Below are positions 12,662-23,696 of a DNA stretch of 64,000 bases, one piece after another. This DNA comes from Heterodontus francisci. Its lineage: Eukaryota. The stretch lies in contig NW_027140807.1 in NCBI RefSeq assembly GCF_036365525.1, positions 1-64,000 of the forward strand. Direction: 5' to 3'. Position 1 is the first letter of the stretch. Each line of letters begins with the position of its first letter. The translations under genes and the position numbers were made by a program. The notes beneath the pieces are model-generated. The model saw only the letters and a list, made by a program, of their open reading frames with translations. It did not search any database and was not told the DNA's origin.

Positions 12662-12709
12662 CCAACACTGTCAACTTGGTCCCATCGCCGAAGTAAGCTA
12701 TCTCTGCTG
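12662..12709 (-). CDS. TRBJ: TCR beta J segment J1.2 (type B), AEIAYFGDGTKLTVL
   Basis: FGDG motif; GTAAGG donor; RSS CACGATG 12710-12716, 12 bp, TCATGAACA. Confidence 0.9.
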
Positions 12710-12950
12710 CACGATGCTCGAAACTCAGTCATGAACAGACCCGGGAGATGTTCCCCTTGGAACTGAACGAGACAGGACGGGGTGGTTTACAGGCGAGGGT
12801 CATATTGGACTGGTCTTTGCAAATCAGAAAGAAGGGCCATTGTCATCAGCCTGACTTTTTAAACTGCCCGTGGAGGGTTGGGGGGAACAAGCTTGGAATA
12901 CAAACAGCTGGACATGAAGGGAGTGGGAAAAAAATGTCCCTTTTTCTTAC

Positions 12951-13000
12951 CTAACACCGTCAGTTTGGTGCCGGCCCCGAAGTTGAGTGGTGTGTTGTAG
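12951..13000 (-). CDS. TRBJ: TCR beta J segment J1.1 (type A), YNTPLNFGAGTKLTVL
   Basis: FGAG motif; GTAAGA donor; RSS CACGTCA 13001-13007, 12 bp, ACATCAACC 13020-13028. Confidence 0.9.
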
Positions 13001-13524
13001 CACGTCAGCAGATCACGTTACATCAACCCAGTCGGAAACTGATTGCTAAAAGTGACCTGCTCAGCATTTAGGAAGCACTGGTCAAGACAATCAGGACGCA
13101 CAAAGCAGCTTACAGCCAATGAAGCAGTTTGTTCAGGAAGTGGTCACACAGGGAGACACAGCAACTGATATTGTAACAAGAAAGTCCCATCAAACAATAG
13201 TGAGATTAATGAGCAGATCATTGTTTGTGATGTTGGTTGAGGGATCAATATTGGTCCCTGGACACCAGGGTGGGGTTTAAGGGTTAAAGAGTAACCAGTT
13301 TCCACACAAATGACACACTGCTGTTCTCTTTTCCACAGGAATGTTCTAGGTTATAAGGCTGGACCATTCTGAGACATCTTTAAGATGAAAAGGGCCCAGT
13401 TCCCGCCATAATCCTGGGCCATGTTGACTCGTTTACTCTGTTGTCACTGCTCTTCTGCTGATCCTCCACCAGGTGTGTTGAGCGAGGTTTTTGTACGGAG
13501 GTTGCATTGGATTTTATCACCGTG

Positions 13525-13537
13525 TCCCTGTTGTCCC
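13525..13537 (-). CDS. TRBD: TCR beta D segment D1 (GGGACAACAGGGA), open in all three frames (GTTG/GQQG/DNR)
   Basis: 5' 12-RSS (heptamer 13538-13544, nonamer 13557-13565) and 3' 23-RSS (heptamer 13518-13524, perfect nonamer 13486-13494); GGGACA Dbeta core. Confidence 0.97.
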
Positions 13538-13679
13538 CACAGTGATAGACACTCATACAAAAAAGAGGAACGCAAAACTTCCAAGTCCCCACCGCTTAAA
13601 CGGCTCCCGAGGACTTCACCTCGTGACGGCAGCTGAGACTGAGGTGCTGAAATTTAGTTAGAGCTACGGAGCACAATTA

Positions 13680-14785
13680 GAGGCCATTCAGCCCCTCTCA
13701 AACCTGATTGTCTGGAACAGGAGGTGGACATTCAGCCGCTCTACAGTCTGTTACACGGGAACAGGAGGTGGACATTCAGCCCCTCTCCAGTCTGTTACAC
13801 AGGAACAGGAGGAGGATATTCAGCCCCTGTCCAGTCTGTTACACGGGAACAGGAGGAGGACATTCAGCCCCTCTCGAGTCTGTTACACAGGAACAGGAGG
13901 AGGACATTCAGCCCCTCTCCAGTCTTTTACTCAGAAACAGGAGGAGGACATTCAGCCCCTCTCCAGTCTGTTACACAGGAACAGGAGGAGGACATTCAGC
14001 CCCTCTCGAGTCTGTTACACAGGAACAGGAGGAGGACATTCAGCCCCTCTCCAGTCTTTTACTCAGAAACAGGAGGAGGACAATCAGCCCCTATCCAGTC
14101 TGTTACACAGGAACTGGAGGAGGAAATTCAGCCCCTCTCCAGTCTGTTACACAGGAACAGGTGGTGGACATTCAGTCCCTCTCCAGTCTGCTGCACAGGA
14201 ACAGGAGGAGGACAATCAGCCCCTCACGAGCCTGCTACACAGGAACAGCAGGAGGACATGCAGCCACTCTCCAGTCTGTTACGCAGGAACAGGAGGTGGA
14301 CATTCCGCCCCTCTCGAGCCTGTTACACAGGAACAGGAGGAGGACATTCAGCCCCTCTCGAGCCTGTTACACAGGGACAGGAGGAGGACATTCAGCCCCT
14401 CTCCAGTCTGTTGCACAGGAACAGGAGGAGGACATTCCGCCCCTCTCGAGCCTGTTACACAGGAACAGTAGGAGGACATTCAGCCCCTCTCCAGTCTGTA
14501 ATACAGGAACAGGAGGAGGACATTCAGGCCCTCTCCAGTCTGTTACACAGGGACAGGAGGAGGGCATTCAACCCCTCTAGAGCTTGTTACACAGAAACAG
14601 GAGGAGGACATTTTGCCCCTCTAGAACATGTTACGCAGAAACAGGAGGAGGACATTCATCCCCTTCTCAAATCTGTTACACAAGAACAGGAGGAGGACAT
14701 TCAGCCCCTCTGGAGCATGTTACACAGAAACAGGAGGAGGCCTTCAGCCCCTCTTGAACCTGTTACACCGGAACAGGAGGAGGCC
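13680..14785. repeat. 44-bp minisatellite, at least ~25 copies, running into an assembly gap
   Basis: Unit aggaacaggaggaggacattcagcccctctccagtctgttacac; it produces the spurious 44-aa-periodic ORFs; resembles the reverse complement of CR1 3' tails in this window. Confidence 0.92.
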
Positions 14786-15074
14786 NNNNNNNNNNNNNNN
14801 NNNNNNNNNNNNNNNNNNNNNNNNNNNNNNNNNNNNNNNNNNNNNNNNNNNNNNNNNNNNNNNNNNNNNNNNNNNNNNNNNNNNNNNNNNNNNNNNNNNN
14901 NNNNNNNNNNNNNNNNNNNNNNNNNNNNNNNNNNNNNNNNNNNNNNNNNNNNNNNNNNNNNNNNNNNNNNNNNNNNNNNNNNNNNNNNNNNNNNNNNNNN
15001 NNNNNNNNNNNNNNNNNNNNNNNNNNNNNNNNNNNNNNNNNNNNNNNNNNNNNNNNNNNNNNNNNNNNNNNNNN
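14786..15074. other. Assembly gap
   Basis: Run of N. Confidence 1.
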
Positions 15075-15619
15075 CTTCCCTCTGTTGCACCCCTTATCCC
15101 AATCCTTGCCTCCGTTCCTTACGCTTTTCTTTACCTGCATTGTCCCTCTACAACCTGCAGGATCTCAGGAAGCACCGGCTACGGGTCCACAAACAGAACG
15201 CACTTAATGTATATAGTAAATCGTGCACACTGCAATCTCTTCACCTATCACTCAGAGAGTCCCAGGTCTGCCAAACCAGGGGTGTGCAAGTTCCCAGGTG
15301 TTCTGTTGCGGTGCTGTTATCATTTCAGCTGATCTGTCTGCACACCAACACCCATCGCCCATGCACCTGGTCCTCAACTCTAACATTGAGGGTTTTACTC
15401 TTTTGTTCGGTTCTTATGCTGCTTGCTCTTCAGATGAAGGTAACGCGAGGTTCTGGGTTGAAGAGGTTCAAAACATTTCTAACAATAAAGGCGGACGTTG
15501 AATGAAGGATTGGGATATGGACACAAAACATTTTCAAAGAAAGGCGATTATGGAGTCATCAAAGTAAGTACATTTCCCTTTGTCCTTTTGCAAACATGGC
15601 ACAAAGTAGGAATCTATTG

Positions 15620-16190
15620 CTGCTTCTAAATGTTCACTGGACATTATAGAGCGAGGAGAAGTCATGTTAAACTTGTATAGAATCTAGCTTAGACCACAGT
15701 TAGAGCACTTTTCCCAGTTCTGGTATTCATTTTAAAGAGATATAGAGATACAGGAGAAGGGGCAAAAAAGTAATGACAAGGATGATATCAGAACTGAGAG
15801 GTTATAATTATCAGGAAGGGCTGTAAAGAGAAGGCTGAAGGGTGATCTGATGGATGGATTTAAGATTATGAAAGAGTTTTTGATAGGGTAGACGTGCAAA
15901 AGATTTGTGGGGGACTCAGGAACTCCGAACCATCAATAGAAAGATAGTCACTAATAAATAAAATCGGGAATTCAGGAGAAACTTCTTTACCCAGAGAGTG
16001 GGAGGATGTAGGGAGTGGGATAAGGTGAATAGCGGAGATGTATTCAAGAGGGAATCTGGATAAACAAATGGGGTGGGGGAGATTTGGAAGGATCTACTGA
16101 TGGGGTGAGATGAAGACGGGAGCGAGGAAGCTCGTGCGGAGGATGAACGCCAGCATGAATGTGTTGGGCCGAATGGCCTGTTTCTTTGCG
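15620..16190 (+). mobile_element. Degenerate CR1 LINE 3' fragment
   Basis: Decayed VMLNLYRxLVRPQLE coding remnant and gggccgaatggcctgtt tail. Confidence 0.65.
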
Positions 16191-16279
16191 ATTTGCCTCA
16201 GGACACAGTCCAAGGGATAAAGTGTGTCTCACCTGAGAAGGCAGACAAGCCGCTGGTTTAAAATCTCAGGTGCAAATTC

Positions 16280-17318
16280 AGCACTCCCTCTGTACTGACC
16301 CTCTGAGAGTGCAGCACTCCCACAGTACTGACCCTCGGACAGTGCAGCACTTCCTCAGTACTGACCCTCTGACAGTGCAGCACTCCCTCAGTACTGACCC
16401 TCGGACAGTGCAGCACTTCCTCAGTACTGACCCTCTGACAGTGCAGCACTCCCTCAGTACTGACCCTCTGACAGTGCAGCACTCCCTCAGTTCGGACACT
16501 CAGACAGTGCAGCACTCCCTCAGTACTGACCCACTGACAGTGCAGCACTCCCTCAGTACTGACCATCTGAGAGTGCAGCACTCCCTCAGTACTGCCCCTC
16601 TGACAGTGCAACACTCTCTCAGTACTGACACTCTGACAGTGCAGCACTCCCTCAGTACTGACACTCTGACAGAGCAGCACTCCCTCAGTACTGACCCTCT
16701 GACAGTGCTGCAATCCCTCAGTACAGACACTCTGACATGCAGCACTCCCTCAGTACAGACACTCTGCCAGTGCAGTGCTCCCTCAGTACTGACCCTCTGA
16801 CAGTGCAGCATTACCTCAGTACTGACCCTCTGACAGTGCAGCACTCCCTCAGTACTGACCCTCTGACAGTGCAGCACTCCCTCAGTTCGGACACTCAGAC
16901 AGTGCAGCACTCCCTCAGTACTGCCCCACTGACAGTGCAACACTCTCTCAGTACTGACACTCTGACAGTGCAGCACTCCCTCAGTACTGACACTCTGACA
17001 GAGCAGCACTCCCTCAGTACTGACCCTCTGACAGTGCTGCAATCCCTCAGTACAGACACTCTGACATGCAGCACTCCCTCAGTACAGACACTCTGCCAGT
17101 GCAGCACTCCCTCAGTACTGACACTCTGACATGCAGCACTCCCTCAGTACTGACCCTCGGGCAGTGCAGCACTCCCTCAGTGCTGACCATCTGATGGTGC
17201 GGCACTCCCTCAGTACTGACACTCCAACAGTGCAGCACTCCCTCAGTACTGACCCTCTGACAGTGCAGCACTCCCTCAGTACTGACCCTCCAACAATGCA
17301 GCACTCCCTCAGTACTGA
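16280..17318. repeat. 33-bp minisatellite (~31 copies) derived from a SINE core
   Basis: Unit cagtgcagcactccctcagtactgaccctctga; related sequence occurs once, reversed, in the SINE at 18328-18640. Confidence 0.92.
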
Positions 17319-17351
17319 ATTAACGAAATTGGCTGCATTGACGATCGATGG

Positions 17352-17365
17352 GCGGTAGGTGGCGC
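17352..17365 (+). promoter_or_regulatory. Candidate CTCF site facing the V array
   Basis: tggGCGGTAGGTGGCGCta versus consensus tggCCASYAGRKGGCRSta. Confidence 0.55.
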
Positions 17366-18327
17366 TATTGCTCCGCTAATCCTAATCGCTTCTTCATTTC
17401 ACAGCCGCTCCTTCCTCTGACAGCGACCTCAGGTCTGCCATTCCCTCCCAAAGCCCCTCCACATCTCTCTCCTCCAAATCTTCCCAGCTTTGGCCCACAC
17501 CTCCTAACAATTTCTGCTGTAACTCTGTGTCAAATAGTTGGCAGATTTACGCTATTCGGGCCGTTTATCTCGGGACGGTGAAGTCGCTATATAAATGCAA
17601 ACTGCAGCTGTTTAATTACACGCTCGTGCTGACCTGTGAACAGGAGGTTTGGGACTTGGAACATGTCTTCCAGAAACGGACTCTGTCGGCAGTTTCGCTT
17701 GACGTTTCTTCCACGGGGGGAGACGAATTAAACTCTGCATTCACAGAAAATTTGATTCGAATTTGTCATGACCGGGATTTCGCGTCCTGTTGCTATAGTT
17801 TTCAGCACTTGTATCTTGTCGCTTGATGTAACGTCCTCTTAAAATCTATCACCATCCTCCTCACGGTTCACAATACTGCAAAGTTTGCAAATGTGCCCTG
17901 CACACCCAAGTCTATGTTATTAATATCGATCAAGACAAGCAGTGGTCCCTGGAGAACCCCACTATATACCTTCCTTCAGACTGAACACCAACTGTTTACC
18001 ACTACTCTGTTCCATGTTGCTTTGTATCCATGTTGCTAATGCCCCTTTTATTGCATGGGCTTTATCTTTGCTGACAAGCCTGTTATGTAGTACTTTATCA
18101 AACGCTTTTTTTGAAGTTCATGTACACCACATCAACAGCATTACCCTCATTAACCCTCTCTGTTACCTCATCAAAAAATGTGTATCCGACTCTTGGTTTC
18201 CTGATTAGTCTACAGAGTGCTGGTTGTTTCAAAAGGCCATGCAGTATTCATCATCTCCACAGATGGGAGAACCTCAAAGCATCTTGTATGACTGACCACT
18301 TCCTCTGATGTGTCTTTATATATCAGA

Positions 18328-18640
18328 CGTGGTTTAGTGGGGAGCACCTCGGCACTGAGTCAAAGGTTTGTGGGTTTAAGTCCCCGGACCGAGATTTAAG
18401 CATAAAATCGAGGCTGACACCCCCAGTGCAGGACAGAGGAAGTGCTGCACCGTGTGGAGGTGTAGCACCGAGGTACTCTCTTTATTTTGGCTGAGATGTT
18501 AAAACGAGGTCCCGACTGCAGATGGGAAGGATCTCATAGCCACTATTTCGGAGAATAACAGGGGCATTCTCGAGGGTTATCTGGGGCGATAGACATCCCT
18601 AAACCAACTTTACTAAAACAGATTATCTGGTCATTCTCAG
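18328..18640 (+). mobile_element. tRNA-derived SINE with Deu-domain-like core
   Basis: A-box-like gtggtttagtgg and B-box-like gggtttaagtccc, then gctgacaccccagtgcag...gtgctgcac...tgagatgttaaaacgagg core. Confidence 0.65.
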
Positions 18641-18646
18641 TTTCCA

Positions 18647-18751
18647 CCAGGAGATGGCGCAGTACTCCGCAGATCTCGTAGCTGCAAATGGAATTCGAGC
18701 AGATGTCAGACAATGAATTTCCATTCAGCGAGTGATCGCGCCCTCTGGCGG
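18647..18751. promoter_or_regulatory. Cluster of candidate CTCF sites in the V-D interval
   Basis: + strand CCAGGAGATGGCGC 18647-18660, weaker + strand CGAGCAGATGTCAG 18696-18709, - strand CCGCCAGAGGGCGC 18738-18751. Confidence 0.6.
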
Positions 18752-19489
18752 CCGCAGAGGGAATACGATGAAGTCTGAATAATTTTCATCACCATTCACC
18801 ATTTGGATCATTCTTCTGGCGTTACCGAGTCGCAGCCGGAGTGTGATCAATGCTACCTACTTCCAGTGAGATGTAGTATTATTTATTGCCATGTGCAAAG
18901 ATGACCAGATGGTGACAAATGGAGTGAAACTCCCCCCCCTCCCCCACCCACCCCTCCACTAACACTATTGGATCTAAGATGCATCAGTTGGAATTCATTC
19001 CTGGTTATGTGCATTCACCTCACATTGGAATTTCGAGACAGGGTGCCGACTGGGAGTTTTATAACGCTGCTCGATCTTGGACCCTGCAAGTAAAGGGTTA
19101 CTATCTTGTTGGCACGTGGAAAAGACTTCTGATCTGCATCCCTGCAATTTTGCTTCAATAATTAGAGAGCACATTAGCTCAGGATCTCACTTTCGACTTC
19201 ACTCGCATAATGCAGGTTGGAAATGTGCACAGCATCTCGAATCCGTAAAGACTGGGGGAAATCTTAGCGCCGGGAGCCCATTAAAAGTCTTCCACTTAAT
19301 AAAAGCCAAGAAAAAGAAATGACGGCATGTTGTAGATTTCGGGAACTCCAGTCCAATCTGAAAATATCTGGGGCTGTAGCAAAAGTGGTCGAGCAACAGG
19401 GTGAGTAATTTCAATAGCAACATTCTTCTCATTATTGATACTGCAAGAGGGACTCGTGTATATGAACCAGAATAATTTTACATCAATGT

Positions 19490-20140
19490 ACAGCAAGGAA
19501 TTAGGAAGGCGAGTAACATGTTAGCTTTTATTATAAGGCGTTTGAAACATAAGAGTAAGAAAATTCTTCTGCAGCTAGTTAGGACTTTGGTAACAACACA
19601 CCTATAGTGTTGTATAGAGTGTTGCTTTCCTTATCTTCTGAAGCATGTATTTGCCTCAGAGGAGGTTGCAACGAAGGTTCACTCAATTGGTTCCTCGGAG
19701 GAGAAGGCTGCCCAATGAGGAGAAATTGAGTCGAATGGGCTGTTATTCTCTGGAAGAATCAGAGGTGATCCATTTGAAACGTACAAGATGATGAGAGGGT
19801 TTGACAGGGGACACACTGAGAGGCTGTTTCCCCCCTGGCTGGAGAACCTAGAAATAAGGGGTCGAAGCTTCAGGATAAGGGGTCGTCTATCGTACTTAGA
19901 TGAGGAGGAATGTCTTCACTCAGAGGGTTATGACTCTTTGGAATTCAGAGAGCTTTGGATTCTCAGTCATTGAAAATATTGAAGACATGAGATCCATAGA
20001 TTTTAGGCACCAAGGGAATCCAGGGATGTAGGAATATGGCGGGAAAGTGGAGTGAAGGTAGCAGATCCTCAAGATCTTCATTACGTGGAGGAGCAGACAC
20101 GGCGGGCCGAATGGCTTACTCCTGCTCCTATTTTCTAATG
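19490..20140 (+). mobile_element. Degenerate CR1 LINE 3' fragment
   Basis: Decayed IRKAxxMLAFI...LLQL...QRRFT motifs and the typical tail. Confidence 0.65.
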
Positions 20141-22758
20141 TTCTGATGTAAGTGGTTCCTGCGTGTTTGCAGTGTCAGGTCATTGTGTCATCACAGCACA
20201 TACGGTCTAAAATATTATCTTTCTCTTCTGGTCTATCCCGTGTTTCACTTGACCATGAAGTCTCGTCATGGCAAACCCTGAAGCCAGTTACGGGCCAACA
20301 GATCTTGATAAGGGAAGTTTGTCGATTTCAGTGCAATTTCCAGGCAATCGGAATGAATTATAATCAGAGCAGAGAAAGTTAAGGGACCCAGCGGAAGGTG
20401 GTGTTGGAAATCAGGAAGGGTTTTGATAAATTGAACAGGGAGAAGCTGTTTTCTGTGGCAGGAAGTTCGCTAACCAGGAAGGCGCTGATTTAGGGTCAGT
20501 GGTAAAAGAAGCAGAAGCGGGACGAGGAGAATGATTCTGACTGGGACGGGTATTAAAGATCTGGAACACATCGCCTGAAAGGGCAGTGGAATGGGATTCA
20601 GCTTTCAACAGGGAGTTGGATAGATCCTTGGAACAGAAGATTTCCAGGGCTAGGGCAAAAGGGCAGGAGAGTGGGACTAACTGGATAGATTTTTCACAAA
20701 AGCAAGCAGAGACGGGATGATCTCCTTTGTGTTGAATCTTTCTGTGATGCTAAAATGTGGACAGATCAGAAAGGAACAACTTGACATCATTGCCTTTATT
20801 TAAGAAAAGTAAAACTATTCTCCACCCTTTGGCATATGAAACGTGACAACAAAGATATTGGGAGTCTGTGAACCTTATCTGTTATCTCTATGGGTGCATT
20901 CTCACTGCAGACAGGGTTCCAGTCAAGCAAACCCTACTTATATGGCTGTGTTGGAGTAGTAACTGCCCTGGGACAAATTCCTCCCGGTACACCAGGGAAT
21001 TCTGTCAAGAGCAGGCTGGTTATCATCTGAACAGGTCAGTGTTGAAGAGGTTTAACATGACATGTGGAAGTATGTCAATGAGACACCGGTCATTCTTTAT
21101 TCAATAGGGGCCCTAAGACTGTGTTTGCCTCGTGGTATTAATCCATCCATATCCAGATTTGATAGATTTCCTTCAGTGAGGAACATTTTGGGATTAAGTT
21201 GAGACATGACATGTGACAAGAGCTGCCTGCTTGGGAGGAACAGGGACTTTGGGCCTGACATTTTGGTGCTTTCCACACCTCATGCCTGGGCCCTGTTGTA
21301 GATCAAGTAACCGCAATTGGTTTATTTCTGTTCTGTTACGGGATGAGGGCTGGCGAGGGCTACGTTTATTTCCAAGTCTAACCGCTCTTGAGCAGACTTC
21401 TTCTTGAATGCAACTGCGTGGCTGACTAGGCCCATTCCTCAGGGCAGTGAAGGGTGAACAGCACTGCTGCCGGGGTCTGGAGTCACTGAGAGTCCAGATT
21501 GGGTGAGGGAGGCAAAATCCCTTCCCTCAAGGATATCACTGAACCAGGTGGCTCTTTCCGCCAATCCAGCAGCTTTATGCTGAGCATCATTGCTGGAATA
21601 CCCGTCCTGGAACAGAACAACTACTGTTACAAAGGCTACCATCATCAACAACGACATTATTGGTCTACAAGGATACCAGAAGTTGAACGAGGTGTCCTGG
21701 TTTTTTTTTTGGCATCTAGCAAATCCTGCATTCCGAAGCCTGCCTCTTCAGAATGCAGCCTTCCATACCAGTGCCCTGTTTAGCTTAGTGCTGGAACCCA
21801 ACACAGTTTAATTCAGAGAGTACAGAGCTGAGAGATGCCAGATAAACCTTATTCTTCAGATTCACTGTGACACCAGTGACAGTCTCATTCAACTTGATGG
21901 ACCCTCCACCAGTTGGACCAAGTTTCAGCTGAAAGACCGGCCCCAGCGCCTGGGAGTTCCTGCTGCGCCTTCGTTAGACCAAAGTACGTGAATTGAATGC
22001 AGTTATGAGACAGTGCATTCCAGGAAGGTGGGGATTGCTCTACCGAGGGATATCGGAATATAATTTCTGAAAATGAGATGGATAAGTTAGCGGTTTGTCA
22101 ATAAAAAGATACTGATACGCAGATTAACCACAAGCATTATTCATGGTTGGCGCTGGACAGGTTGAGAGAGCAGTTAATAAAGCCTTCTTGTGTACTGTTC
22201 CAATTTTCTGATTCTGTGATTAGGAATATCGATGATAAGTGGCAGTAACTTGATTGCTAACCTGATGATCAAGGTTGGGTAAAATTTGTGATAAACACAA
22301 CAATGTTCAGTTTAAATGGTACAGGGTGATATTCTAAGATAATAAGATGTATCTATCCATCGGGACTTTGATAGCTCTATCTTTCAGCAGAACCAAGCCA
22401 TCCATTTATCACTTTGAGAGCTGCTTGCAAGCTGTAAGATACAGATGCAGACTCACACAGACAACACCAGCACAGACGAAGAGATTTTTCTTTTAACTTG
22501 TTGAGTTATTCTTATCAGGAATGCGATGCCTGAAAGGATGGAGCAAGCAGATTCAACAGTAACTTAGAAAGGAGATTGGGAAATATATTTGAACAGGAAA
22601 TATCTACACTCTGAAAGTTGATGGAAAACTCTGCAAAGTTTCATCAATGAACAGCTGTCTTTATGAACTCTGCTTACTTGAGTTTTCCTCTCGAACACTC
22701 ACAGTATAAGAGGGTGGTATGTTTTTGACCCAGCCCTGCACCTGTTTGAATCACTGTG

Positions 22759-23420
22759 ATCACTAGCAGCACAGTAATACACCGCCCTGTCAGTCTGATC
22801 CACCCTCAGTATTTTCAGGCTGCAGGTTTTAAGATCGGGTCTGGTGACCTTAAATCTCTCCTTGAAACCCTCTTCAGGGCTGGTATCAGAGGTGCCAATC
22901 GAGGTCACTATGAGCAGTAACCCTGCTCCGCTCTGCTGGCGATACCAGTACATGTAACTGTCGCTGGTGTCATTCTGGAAACAGTGCATTTCCACCGTTT
23001 TCCCCTCTGCGACCGTCAGCCGGTTCCCCCACTGGGTAACGAGAGCGCTCCTGGACCGGGCTGTGGAGGAACATGAGAAACAGATCGGGTCAAAGAGAAC
23101 AGACACAATAAGGAGAGAGAGAGAGATTTAATGGTAAAGCTCACGATGCACACCACAGTCGATCAGCTCGCTGCCGCCCCAGCACAGGGGTCATGTGCTG
23201 ATTCCCAGAATCGCTGGGCACAACTGCAGCGGTGCTAAATAACGACACTTGTCCTCAACAGCAAAACCAAACCAGTAAATCTCTAACTGATTGGAGCCCT
23301 TCGATATCAACAGGAATTGTGTCTCAAAGCTGATTAACTGGGGCCTGAATTTCCCTCCAAGTAGAAGCAGTAACCCTTGAGCAGCAGAAACAGTAGATGG
23401 AGGTAAACAGTACACAGCAT
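22759..23420 (-). CDS. TRBV: TCR beta V gene V1 (family A): leader 23375-23420 (MLCTVYLHLLFLLLK), V exon 22759-23060
   Basis: Ig V domain (MHC...WYRQ...AVYYCAASD); 23-RSS heptamer 22752-22758, nonamer 22720-22728; AG acceptor 23061-23062; leader donor GTTACT is weak. Confidence 0.92.
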
Positions 23421-23486
23421 GATGCAGGAATGTGAACCCTTCTTTCAACCTTCCAGCTTCGTCCCGCTCTCACACACTGCAGTCCT

Positions 23487-23532
23487 ATTGGTGCACAGCC
23501 TGCTTTTGTGATGCAGTGCGGAAGTGACGTCA
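23487..23532 (-). promoter_or_regulatory. Vbeta promoter: CCAAT box (23487-23491) and CRE/decamer AGTGACGTCA (23523-23532)
   Basis: About 70 and 105 bp upstream of the V1 ATG; paralogous AGTGACGTTA at 28186-28195 upstream of V2; matches the known Vbeta promoter decamer/CRE. Confidence 0.7.
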
Positions 23533-23696
23533 TTGCAAGGGCAACGAATAGAACCTTCCTTGTGTATCCAACAAAGCAGATGTTTCTTTCCGATGTGTGG
23601 GTGTGAAAAATAGAATTACACAGGATTGACTTGCAAAGTCCCATCTATTGCAGGGTTTGGGAATATGCATAACGATTGGAATGGTTGACATATATA

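Noticed and set aside
319-13565. The two D-J clusters as uncollapsed haplotypes
   Set aside because: J coding sequences and intervening repeats differ far more than expected for alleles
13708-15505. Long ORFs of 290 and 593 aa
   Set aside because: Artefacts of a largely stop-free 44-bp repeat plus an N gap; no protein features
16258-17358. Cys/His-rich repetitive ORFs and a CRISPR-like look
   Set aside because: Head-to-tail 33-bp units with no unique spacers, in vertebrate DNA; it is a minisatellite
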